DNA from: an uncultured Candidatus Rokubacteria bacterium
Lineage (GTDB): Bacteria > Methylomirabilota > Methylomirabilia > Rokubacteriales > DASRDR01
Length of the DNA stretch: 64,000 nt
NCBI GenBank assembly: GCA_963826115.1
Contig: CAWGVS010000006.1
Coordinates: 864,001-928,000, forward strand
Reading direction: 5' to 3'
Shown here: one piece after another, positions 19,497-27,855 of the stretch
Layout of the letters: the number at the start of each line of letters is the position of its first letter
Numbering within the stretch: position 1 is the first letter of the stretch
The notes under the pieces: generated by a model
Databases searched by the model: none
Told to the model about the DNA's origin: nothing
The model's input: only the letters and a program-made list of their open reading frames with translations
Program-made: the position numbers and the translations under genes

Positions 19497-22274
19497 CTAC
19501 GGGTCTCCGGCGCCGGGGTCCGTGCCGGCGACGACGAGCGTGGCCCGCTCCGGATGGAGGTGCTGCCGGGCGGCCCGGTTCGCCTGGGCGACCGTCACCG
19601 CGCGGTAGTGATCCGCGTAGCGGTCGAGGTAGTCCGCGCCGAGGCGATAGAACTCCATCGCCCAGAGCACGTCGGCCATCCCGACGTTGGTCTCGAGGCG
19701 GAGCGGGAAGCGGCCGGTCAGGTACGCGACGGCCTCGTCCCGTTCCCGCCGGGTGATCCCGCGGTCGCGGAGGCGCTCCACCTCGGAGAGGAGGGTCTCG
19801 ATGGCGCGCCGGGCGTTCGAGGGGTTCGTGCCGAGCGCCGCCGCGAACGGTCCGGGATACCAGCCCGCGTCGAAGAAGCTCTCGACGGTGTAGGCGAGCC
19901 CCAGCTCGTCGCGGATCACGGTGCCGAGCCGGCTGTTGAGCGCGCCACCGCCGCCGAGGACCAGGTTCATGACCTGGGCGGCGTAGAAGTCGGGGTCGCT
20001 CCGGCGGAGTCCCCCCGCGTGCCCCCACAGGATCGCGGTCTGGCTCTTGTCGGGGATCGCGATCAGGATCCTTTCCGGGGCTGGCTGGAGCGGGAGGTCG
20101 AGCGCCGGCGGCGGCTCGGCCTCGGGGTTCCGTGGCCAGGCGCCGAGACGCGTCTCCACGACCTCGCGGATCCGGTCCGCGGTCACGTTGCCCGTCACGA
20201 CGAGGATCAGCCCATCGGGCCCGTACTGGTGGGCGTGGAACGCGAGCAGGTCGTCGCGGGTCAAACGCCCGACGGCGGCCTCGGCCTCGTCGAACGTCGG
20301 CGGCCGGAGCGGGTGTCCCGGCGGGAAGATGGCGCGCTCGAACGCCCGCTCCGCCGCGCTGTCCGGGTCGTCCTTCGCCTGGGCGAGCTGGGCCAGGACC
20401 TCGCCCTTCAGGCGGCCGAACTCGGCGGCCGGGAACGCCGGGTGGCGCAGCATCTCGGCGAAGAGGTCCATCAGCCGGTCGAGGTCCCGGCTCTCCGCGC
20501 GGCCGGAGATCATCGTGGCGAGCGAGTCCGCGGAGGCGGAGAGGTTCGCGCCGACGTCCTCCAGCTGGGTGGCGAACGCGCGCGCCGTCCGCACCTCGGT
20601 CCCGCGGCTCAGCATGGCGGCGGTGAGGGAGGCGAGGCCCGACTTGCCCTCGGGATCGAGGACGTGCCCCGCCGGCAGGCTGGCCCGGAGCGCGAGCGTC
20701 GGGCTCGCGGGGCTTTCCTGGACGACGAGGGTGATCCCGTTCGCCAGCGTGAAGCGGGTGACGTGCCGGTCGACCGGGGCCAGCCGCGACGGCGGCGGGA
20801 TCGGGATCGCGCGGGCGCCCCGGCCCGCCTTCTCGACGCGCGCGGCCGCCTCCTGGAGCGGCGTCGCCGGCGATCCGGCGCCGAGCGTGGGCACGAAGTG
20901 CCCGACGGTGCGCGTGTCCGCGAGGAAGTACTTCCGCGCCACCGCTTGCACCGCGTCGGGGGTCAACGCGCGGATGCGCTCCAGGTACGTCGTGAGGTAG
21001 CGCCAGTCGTCGACCATCGCCCAGTAGCCGAGCTCGCGGCACTGCGCCGAGACGCTCTCCGTCTGGTACGCGAAGCTCGACTCGATCCGGCGCGTGGCGC
21101 GCTGGAGCTCCTCGACGGTGATCGGCGCCTCCCGGACCCGCTCGATCTCCTCGAGCAGCGCGGCCTCGAGCTTCGGGGCGGACACGCCCGGCCGCGCGGT
21201 CGCCGTCACGAAGAACAGGAAGGGATCGTGGAGGGTCGGGGCGCCCGCATCGACGCTCGAGGCCAGCTCGGTCTCGACGAGCGCCTGGTAGAGGCGCCCG
21301 GTTCGACCCTCGCCCAGGACGGTCCCCAGCACGTCGAGCGCGTAGAAGTCCGAGCTCGAGCCCGCCGGCGCTCGGTACGCCAGCGTCACGATCGGGAGGG
21401 CGCCCGCCTGGTTGACCGTGACGCGCCGCTCGCCGCGCTGCTCGGGCTCGGCCGTGTAGACGCGGGGCGGCGCGGGGATCGGCGGGATCGGGCCGAAGTG
21501 CTTGTGGACGAGGTCCAGGGCCTGCTTGGTGTCGAAGTCGCCGACGATGACGACCGTCGCGTTGTTGGGCCCGTAGTGGGCCCGGTAGTACTCGCGGAGG
21601 GCCTCGCGCGGCATCTGCTCGACGTCGCTCCGCCAGCCGATGACCGGCCAGTGGTAGGGATGCGCCTGGATCGCCGTGGCCGTCACCGCCTGGCGGAGCA
21701 GCGTCTCGGGGTCGTTCTCTCCGCCCTCGAGCTCGCTCCGGACGACCGTCATCTCCGAGTCGAGGTCCGCCTTGTCGATCCGGCTGTGGGTCATCCGGTC
21801 CGCCTCGAGCTCGACGGCCAGCTCCAGGCGGTCGGCGGCCAGCGTCTCGAAGTAGCTGGTCCAGTCGTAGTACGTGTTGGCGTTGAAGCTCGCGCCGTTC
21901 AGGAACAGCGTGCGGGCGATCTCGCCGGCGCGGTACCGCCGCGTGCCCTTGAACATCATGTGCTCGAGCAGGTGCGAGACCCCGGTGATGCCGGTGTGCT
22001 CGTTGCGGGAGCCGACCCGGTACCACACGCCGAAGCTCACCACCGGCGCGCTCCGGACCTCCTTCGTCAGGACGCGGAGCCCGTTGGGGAGGCGAGTCTC
22101 GGTCACCCCCGCCGTCGGCCCGCGGTCCGACGCCGGGGGCGCCGCCTGGCCTGAGACGAGGGTCACGACCGGGAACCCCAGGAGGGCGCCGAGGAGGACC
22201 GCCGGGAGCAGGGGGCGGGGACCGGGCCGGGGGCGGGGCGGACGCGAGGTGCCATCCATCGATCGTACCTCCAC
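19497..22274 (-). CDS. M16 (pitrilysin-family) zinc peptidase, fused two-module form
   Basis: HLLEHMMFKGT inverted zinc motif; second inactive M16 module; hydrophobic N-terminus. Confidence 0.92.
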   Translation of the reverse strand: MEVRSMDGTSRPPRPRPGPRPLLPAVLLGALLGFPVVTLVSGQAAPPASDRGPTAGVTETRLPNGLRVLTKEVRSAPVVSFGVWYRVGSRNEHTGITGVSHLLEHMMFKGTRRYRAGEIARTLFLNGASFNANTYYDWTSYFETLAADRLELAVELEADRMTHSRIDKADLDSEMTVVRSELEGGENDPETLLRQAVTATAIQAHPYHWPVIGWRSDVEQMPREALREYYRAHYGPNNATVVIVGDFDTKQALDLVHKHFGPIPPIPAPPRVYTAEPEQRGERRVTVNQAGALPIVTLAYRAPAGSSSDFYALDVLGTVLGEGRTGRLYQALVETELASSVDAGAPTLHDPFLFFVTATARPGVSAPKLEAALLEEIERVREAPITVEELQRATRRIESSFAYQTESVSAQCRELGYWAMVDDWRYLTTYLERIRALTPDAVQAVARKYFLADTRTVGHFVPTLGAGSPATPLQEAAARVEKAGRGARAIPIPPPSRLAPVDRHVTRFTLANGITLVVQESPASPTLALRASLPAGHVLDPEGKSGLASLTAAMLSRGTEVRTARAFATQLEDVGANLSASADSLATMISGRAESRDLDRLMDLFAEMLRHPAFPAAEFGRLKGEVLAQLAQAKDDPDSAAERAFERAIFPPGHPLRPPTFDEAEAAVGRLTRDDLLAFHAHQYGPDGLILVVTGNVTADRIREVVETRLGAWPRNPEAEPPPALDLPLQPAPERILIAIPDKSQTAILWGHAGGLRRSDPDFYAAQVMNLVLGGGGALNSRLGTVIRDELGLAYTVESFFDAGWYPGPFAAALGTNPSNARRAIETLLSEVERLRDRGITRRERDEAVAYLTGRFPLRLETNVGMADVLWAMEFYRLGADYLDRYADHYRAVTVAQANRAARQHLHPERATLVVAGTDPGAGDP

Positions 22275-22281
22275 TGTCGAG

Positions 22282-22953
22282 TCATCGTCTCACCGGATCG
22301 ACGATTCTCACCGAGCGGCGGCCCGTCCGCCCGAGGGGGACCCGGACGCGCTCGCCCAGTCCGACGAACGTCCCCGGCGCCATCGAATAGAGGAGCTGGA
22401 CGAACGTGACGTCGGCGGCGGTGATGTCGCCGTTGCCGCCATCAGGGTCCATCAGCCCGCCGTCCGAGGTGTGGCCGAGGAACCCGATGGCATGGCCCGT
22501 CTCGTGAGCGACCGTGCGCTGGCACTGAGGTCCCCGGAAGACGCTCTGGACGACCTCGATGTCGGCGCCCACGATGCGGCCGTCGGGGCCGTAGTCGACC
22601 ACCGTCGATCCGCACTCGTCCTCGCCGCCGCCGTAGCGGAAGGAGATGCCTGCCGCGGGCGGGCTCCCGACGAAGGTGAACGACACGGCGCCGGCGGTGG
22701 CCCCGGCCCACGCGTTCACCTCGTCCGCTCGCGCGATGTCGTTCAGGAGGACCGGGATCGGCAGGCTCGGCCATCGCACTGTCCGGCCGTCGTTCTGGCT
22801 GGCGTTGAGGGCGATGAGGAGGTCGGTGCCACTGCCGGGCGGGCCGCTCGGGTGGTCCTTGCCGCCGCATCCCGCGGTCGCGAGGACGACCGTGACGAGC
22901 GCCAGCGCGATCCGGAGGGTCCGATGGAGGGACGCGGGCCGCTCGGCCATCAC
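22282..22953 (-). CDS. Lipoprotein, M10/matrixin-like metallopeptidase
   Basis: Lipobox TAGC, HETGHAIGFLGH, Met-turn GLMDP. Confidence 0.8.
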   Translation of the reverse strand: MMAERPASLHRTLRIALALVTVVLATAGCGGKDHPSGPPGSGTDLLIALNASQNDGRTVRWPSLPIPVLLNDIARADEVNAWAGATAGAVSFTFVGSPPAAGISFRYGGGEDECGSTVVDYGPDGRIVGADIEVVQSVFRGPQCQRTVAHETGHAIGFLGHTSDGGLMDPDGGNGDITAADVTFVQLLYSMAPGTFVGLGERVRVPLGRTGRRSVRIVDPVRR

Positions 22954-23109
22954 GCCAGCCCTCCGCTCGATCGGTTCACGCGTGTCTCCTCTTCGGTCGG
23001 GAGCCCTCGGGTCCGCGGTGCCCCGGCTCGTGCGCCGTCGCTCCGGCGCGGTGAGGCGGAACGCGGCGGGCGGGGTTGCCCGGCGTCAGGGCGCCGGGCC
23101 GAAGGGGGA

Positions 23110-23409
23110 TCAGCCGGCGATCGGCGGGCCGCGCGACGCCGACGCCTGGTGCGCGGCGTCCGACCCGTCGGGCGGCGGCGGGAGGAGCGCAACCCCGGCG
23201 AGGGCGAGGGGGACGACGAGGTCCACGACCGGCGAGGGGCCGATCTCGGGTCCGCTGGCCGAGAGCTGGGCGAGGGCGCACTCGTCGTCGTGCAGCGTGG
23301 GGGCGTCCGCGCGGTGCTCGTGGAGCGGGGGCGCCGTCGCGGCGACGAGCGCGAGCGCCAGGACCACCGGGAGTGCGCGCGCGAGGCGCGCGAGGATCGA
23401 CTCGCCCAT
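23110..23409 (-). CDS. DUF2946-like leader protein with C-terminal RGPP motif
   Basis: Hydrophobic N-terminus, HEH..HDDECALA, Pro-rich spacer, SRGPPIAG*. Confidence 0.6.
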   Translation of the reverse strand: MGESILARLARALPVVLALALVAATAPPLHEHRADAPTLHDDECALAQLSASGPEIGPSPVVDLVVPLALAGVALLPPPPDGSDAAHQASASRGPPIAG

Positions 23410-23454
23410 GGCTGTCCCGGAGTATACGCCTCGGCGCACCGCGCCCCGATCCGG

Positions 23455-23674
23455 GCTCGCGGTGGGAGACGCCGCCGTCAGGATCGACGCGCGGGAGGAC
23501 GAGGGCACGGCGTTCCGGGCCGAGGCGCGCCAGGCATACCTCCTGGCGCTCTTCCGCGCGCGCGACGCCAGAGCGCCGGAGGGCATCGCCCGCGTGGCCG
23601 ACGCCTTCGCCGCGCTCGGCGACCGGGAGATGGCCGCGCGGGCTCGCGCGGTCCGCGTCCGGGGAGCCCGCTGA
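23455..23674 (+). pseudogene. C-terminal fragment of a helical hypothetical protein
   Basis: VGDAAVRI...ARQAYLLALFRAR...ADAFAALGDRE reads as coding but lacks a credible start. Confidence 0.4.
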
Positions 23675-23698
23675 TGGGCCGGGGCCGGAGCTCGCGCG

Positions 23699-23732
23699 CT
23701 ACGCGCGCTTGAGCAGGTCCCTGTCGATGGGC
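23699..23732 (-). repeat. Diverged copy of the 3' end of the molybdoenzyme gene (27856..27889)
   Basis: 29/34 nt identical; PIDRDLLKRA* vs PIDREALKRA*. Confidence 0.85.
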
Positions 23733-23947
23733 CACCGAAAACGCCCCGTTCACGCTGCTGTTTCGCGGACTTCGTCAGCCGCGCGCGGGTCGAACGGTCG
23801 TGCGCCGTCGCCATCGGGAACGTCGCGGATGCACGGTCGACACTCCTGCTGCTCCCCTCCGCCAGTAACCGATAAGACAGTCCGGCCGGGCCAGGCGCCT
23901 GGGTTCTGGCGCTCCCGCTGACTTCCTGCGCAAGCTCGCACGGGTTA

Positions 23948-24018
23948 GGTGACACGCAGCATGTCACCCGTGGGACGAGCACACCGTATTGACAAGCTTC
24001 GCCGGCGAATCCTAGACT
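23948..24018 (+). promoter_or_regulatory. Sigma-70 promoter with upstream inverted repeat
   Basis: GGTGACA-N7-TGTCACC (23948..23968); TTGACA-18 nt-TAGACT (23989..24018). Confidence 0.6.
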
Positions 24019-24165
24019 CCGGATACGTCCCGTCCAGTTTCCGCCCATGATTCGGTCATGAACCACCGGACGGGTCGGGCGAAACTCCACGGCTGCACCC
24101 AGCGGCGTACTGACGCGATTTGGGCGATTCATCGGCTCAAACTCCTAGCCGACCGGGAGGCGCGC

Positions 24166-25785
24166 ATGCCTGACTCTGGAACCTCCTACCTCTCCAAGCT
24201 CCTGACGATCAACATCGGCCGGCGGGGGTTCATACGGGTCGCCACCGGCGCCGCGGCGGGGCTGGCGACGGGGCCCTTCGTGATCCGCCGCGCCAGCGGG
24301 CAGAGCAAGCAGCCGCTGGTCATCATCTACGGCGTCCCACGGGCCACCATGGACGCCCAGAATCACATCAACACCTACGACGAGAGCCCGCTCGGGAACA
24401 TGTTCGAAAACCTCGTCGACATGAGCAATCCGATCGATCCCTACAAGGGCTGGCGGCCGATGCTGGCCGTTTCGTGGAAGCGCGTCAACGACACCACCTT
24501 CCAGTTCAAGCTTCGGGAGAACGTGAAGTTTCACAATGGCGAGCCGTTCGACTCGGAGGCCGTCAAGTTCAGCATCGATCGCCTTCTCGGACGCGTGGAC
24601 AAGGACTTCCTGCCCCCCACCGTGGCCTGGCACGCCTACGACACGGTGAGCAAGGCCGAGCCGGTGGACCGGCATACGGTCAACGTCATCACGAAGATCC
24701 CGGATCCCATCGTGCTCAACCGGTTCAACGGCTTTGGGACCCGCATGGTGTCACCGAAGTACTACAGCGAGCACCCGACCGCGTTCCTGCAGAACAACGC
24801 GAACGGAACCGGGCCCTATCGCTTCGTGAGCTGGGTGAAGGACGGGGACCTCGTGCTGGAGGCCAACCAGCAGTACTGGGGCGGAGCGCCCGCCTTCGAG
24901 AAGGTCGTCATCCGGACGGTACCGGAGGCCTCCACCCGGGTGTCCGCCCTCATGTCGGGGCAGGCGGACGTCGTCGTCGCCGTCCCGGCCGAGCAGGGTG
25001 ACATCGTCAGCCGGTCGGGCCGCGCAAGGATCGAGCACGTCAACAGCAACCGGTTCGGATGGTGGCGGATGAACGCCAGCGTGGCGCCGACCAACAACGT
25101 GAAGGTGCGGCAGGCGGTGAACTTCGGCGCGAACGTCGGGGAGCTGTTGCGGACGGTCTACGGCGGGCTGGGCGAGCAGATCTCGACCGTCATCGGCAAG
25201 TATCACTTCGGCTACGACCCGGCGGTTCCCTTCTACCCTCACGATCCGGATCGGGCCAGGAAGCTCCTGAAGGAGTCCGGCCTGCCCTTGCCCGTCACCG
25301 TCAACTTCCACTTCATCCAGGGCCGGTACACCAAGGACAAGGACATGGGCGAGGGGATCATCGGGGAGCTGAACAAGGTGGGGCAGGAGTATCTCCGGGT
25401 CATCCCGCGCCTCTACGAGGCAGGCGGCTACTACTCCCAGGCCAATGCCGGGAAGCTGGACGGGATCATCTTCAACAGCTGGGGCAACTGGATGTTCGAT
25501 GCGGACATCGACCTCGGCCCTCTCTGGCGCACGAAGACCACGCCGACGCCCGACTACCCGAACGACCCAGCGCTCGACAAGCTGATCGACGAGGGCCGCG
25601 GAACGCTCGACGAGACGAAGCGCAAGGGCATTTATTCTCGGATCCAGAAGTTGATGTGGGAGGGCTCCTACTCGATCCCGGGGATGCAGGTCGTCGACAT
25701 GTACGGCGTCAGCAACCGGGTGAACTGGAAGCCCAGACCCGACGAGATGATCTGGGCGAAGGAAATGAAGCCTCGCACGACGTGA
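24166..25785 (+). CDS. Peptide/nickel ABC substrate-binding protein (family 5), Tat signal
   Basis: GRRGFI, FKLRENVKFHNGEPFDSEAVKFS, GTGPY. Confidence 0.92.
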   Translation: MPDSGTSYLSKLLTINIGRRGFIRVATGAAAGLATGPFVIRRASGQSKQPLVIIYGVPRATMDAQNHINTYDESPLGNMFENLVDMSNPIDPYKGWRPMLAVSWKRVNDTTFQFKLRENVKFHNGEPFDSEAVKFSIDRLLGRVDKDFLPPTVAWHAYDTVSKAEPVDRHTVNVITKIPDPIVLNRFNGFGTRMVSPKYYSEHPTAFLQNNANGTGPYRFVSWVKDGDLVLEANQQYWGGAPAFEKVVIRTVPEASTRVSALMSGQADVVVAVPAEQGDIVSRSGRARIEHVNSNRFGWWRMNASVAPTNNVKVRQAVNFGANVGELLRTVYGGLGEQISTVIGKYHFGYDPAVPFYPHDPDRARKLLKESGLPLPVTVNFHFIQGRYTKDKDMGEGIIGELNKVGQEYLRVIPRLYEAGGYYSQANAGKLDGIIFNSWGNWMFDADIDLGPLWRTKTTPTPDYPNDPALDKLIDEGRGTLDETKRKGIYSRIQKLMWEGSYSIPGMQVVDMYGVSNRVNWKPRPDEMIWAKEMKPRTT

Positions 25786-25819
25786 GGTCGCGGGGCGCCC
25801 GCCCCGCCGATCGGCCGGC

Positions 25820-25846
25820 GGCCGGGGGACTGCGTTCCCCCGGCCG
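25820..25846 (+). terminator. Intercistronic stem-loop after the binding-protein gene
   Basis: GGCCGGGGGA...TCCCCCGGCC stem. Confidence 0.45.
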
Positions 25847-25888
25847 GCCGGACGCACGGGTTCGCCGCCACGGCTCGAGCCTGCTGTC

Positions 25889-26905
25889 GTGACGCGCTAC
25901 GTCGTCTCGCGACTGCTCCAGTCTCTCTTCGTCGTGGTGGGTGTCCTGCTCATGGTCTTCGTCATCATCAACCTGACCGGCGATCCCGCGGCCATGCTGA
26001 TGCCGCTCGGCGCCTCCGAAGACGTCATGGCCACGATCCGGCACCGATACGGTCTCGACAAGCCGTGGCCGGTCCAGCTCTACCGCTTCTTCGTCGGCGA
26101 CCTCTTCGCGGCTCCGGATGAGACCGGGCAAACCGTGGAGGTGGGCAGTTTCGGGACCGGTACCATCAAGGCGAAGATGCGCCCCCTCGGCGGGGCCATT
26201 CGGGGAGACTTCGGCGATTCCCTCCGGTTCCTAGGCCAGCCCGCGATGCCGATCGTCCTCGAGCGGTTCCCGTTCACGGTCCAGCTCATGCTGGCGGCCA
26301 CCCTCTACTCGACGGTGCTATCGCTCGTCCTCGGCACGATCTCGGCCGTCCGCCCCCACTCGTGGACAGATCAGGTCGTGCGGACGTTTGCGGTCATGAA
26401 CCAGTCGATCCCAAACTTCTGGCTCGGGCTGCTGCTCATCCTCGTGTTCGCGGTCTACCTGGGAGTGCTGCCTGCGATGGGCTATGGGGACTGGAGGAAC
26501 GTGATTCTGCCGGCTGTCACGCTAGGCGCTCAGTCCCTGGGGCGGAACACCCGGTTCGTCCGCTCGAGCGTGCTGGAGTGCCTCTCCCAGGACTACGTTC
26601 GCACGGCGCGGTCAAAGGGAGTGCCAGAGCGTGTGATCGTCGTGAAGCACGTCCTGAAGAACGCGATGATGCCCGTGGTGACCGCGTGGGCGCTGGACGT
26701 CGCCAACCTCTTCGGCGGCGCGGTGATCACCGAGTCCATCTTCGGCTGGCCGGGGATGGGACGCCTGATCGTGGAGTCCGTCACATTCAGGGACTTTCCG
26801 ACGGTCGCGTCGGCCGTCCTGTTCATCACGCTGATCTTCGTGGGCCTCAATCTTCTCGTGGACCTGAGCTACGCGTGGCTGGATCCCCGCGTGAAGATGG
26901 CGTGA
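25889..26905 (+). CDS. Peptide ABC permease (DppB-like)
   Basis: DYVRTARSKG, ESIFGWPGMG, LDPRV. Confidence 0.92.
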   Translation: MTRYVVSRLLQSLFVVVGVLLMVFVIINLTGDPAAMLMPLGASEDVMATIRHRYGLDKPWPVQLYRFFVGDLFAAPDETGQTVEVGSFGTGTIKAKMRPLGGAIRGDFGDSLRFLGQPAMPIVLERFPFTVQLMLAATLYSTVLSLVLGTISAVRPHSWTDQVVRTFAVMNQSIPNFWLGLLLILVFAVYLGVLPAMGYGDWRNVILPAVTLGAQSLGRNTRFVRSSVLECLSQDYVRTARSKGVPERVIVVKHVLKNAMMPVVTAWALDVANLFGGAVITESIFGWPGMGRLIVESVTFRDFPTVASAVLFITLIFVGLNLLVDLSYAWLDPRVKMA

Positions 26906-27834
26906 TGCCGGCGATCCCGGAGACCGGCCTGCCGCTCGAGACGCTCAGCCCAGCTGCGACCGAATTCGGCCGGGTCCCCTGGTATCGACAGCGGCTCTGG
27001 CGAACCCTCCGGCGCGGGAGCGGAGTGTTCAACGTCGTGTTCCTGCTCATAGTGACCTTCGCCGCGATGGCGGCCCCCTGGATCAGCCATCGGGACCCGA
27101 CGTTCGGGGAGCCGGCGAAGCGTCTCCGGCCCCCGGCCTGGGAGGCCGGCGGAAACCGGGAGAGCCCCCTCGGTACCGATCAGCTGGGGCGGGACGTCTA
27201 CACGCGGCTCGTGCACGGCGCCCGGATCTCCCTCGTCGTCGGCCTCGGAACCGTGCTGATCTCGGCGCTGCTGGGGTCCTCGGTGGGCGTGGTGGCCGGC
27301 TACTTCGAGGGACGACTCGGCACCGGGCTGATGCGGCTGGCCGATGTCCAGCTCGCTTTTCCGTTCCTGCTGCTGGCGCTGGCGGTGGTGGCGTCAGTGG
27401 GCCCCGGTCTGCTCAACGTGATCCTCATTCTGGGCATCGCCGGCTGGGCGACGTTCGCCCGCGTGGTCCGGGCCCAGGTGCTGTCGATCAAGCAGCGAGA
27501 GTACGTGGAGGCGGTGCGGGCCCTTGGCGCCGCTCAGGCAACAATCGTCACCCGGCACGTGGTGCCGAACGTCCTCACGCCGATCATCGTTCTGGCCACC
27601 GCGACCGTGGCCAACAACATCGTGGTCGAGGCGAGCCTCACGTTCCTGGGGCTCGGGGTGCAGGCAACCCTGCCGAGTTGGGGCAGCATGCTGGCCGATG
27701 CCCGCGACTACTTGGCGGTCGCATGGTGGATGGGCGTCTTTCCAGGTCTGGCGCTGATGCTCACGGTGCTCGCCATCAATTTACTAGGCGATTGGCTCCG
27801 CGACTACCTGGACCCGACGCTGCGGAACGCCTGA
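26905..27834 (+). CDS. Peptide ABC permease (DppC-like)
   Basis: LGTDQLGRD, REYVEA, PSWGSML, GDWLRDYLDP. Confidence 0.92.
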   Translation: MPAIPETGLPLETLSPAATEFGRVPWYRQRLWRTLRRGSGVFNVVFLLIVTFAAMAAPWISHRDPTFGEPAKRLRPPAWEAGGNRESPLGTDQLGRDVYTRLVHGARISLVVGLGTVLISALLGSSVGVVAGYFEGRLGTGLMRLADVQLAFPFLLLALAVVASVGPGLLNVILILGIAGWATFARVVRAQVLSIKQREYVEAVRALGAAQATIVTRHVVPNVLTPIIVLATATVANNIVVEASLTFLGLGVQATLPSWGSMLADARDYLAVAWWMGVFPGLALMLTVLAINLLGDWLRDYLDPTLRNA

Positions 27835-27855
27835 GCCGCGAGGGGATGCGCGCCA

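Noticed and set aside
19386-22154. Long antisense and alternate-frame ORFs (for example 922 aa here, and 49170..51812)
   Set aside because: Shadow ORFs expected from high-GC codon bias opposite well-supported genes; no recognisable motifs.
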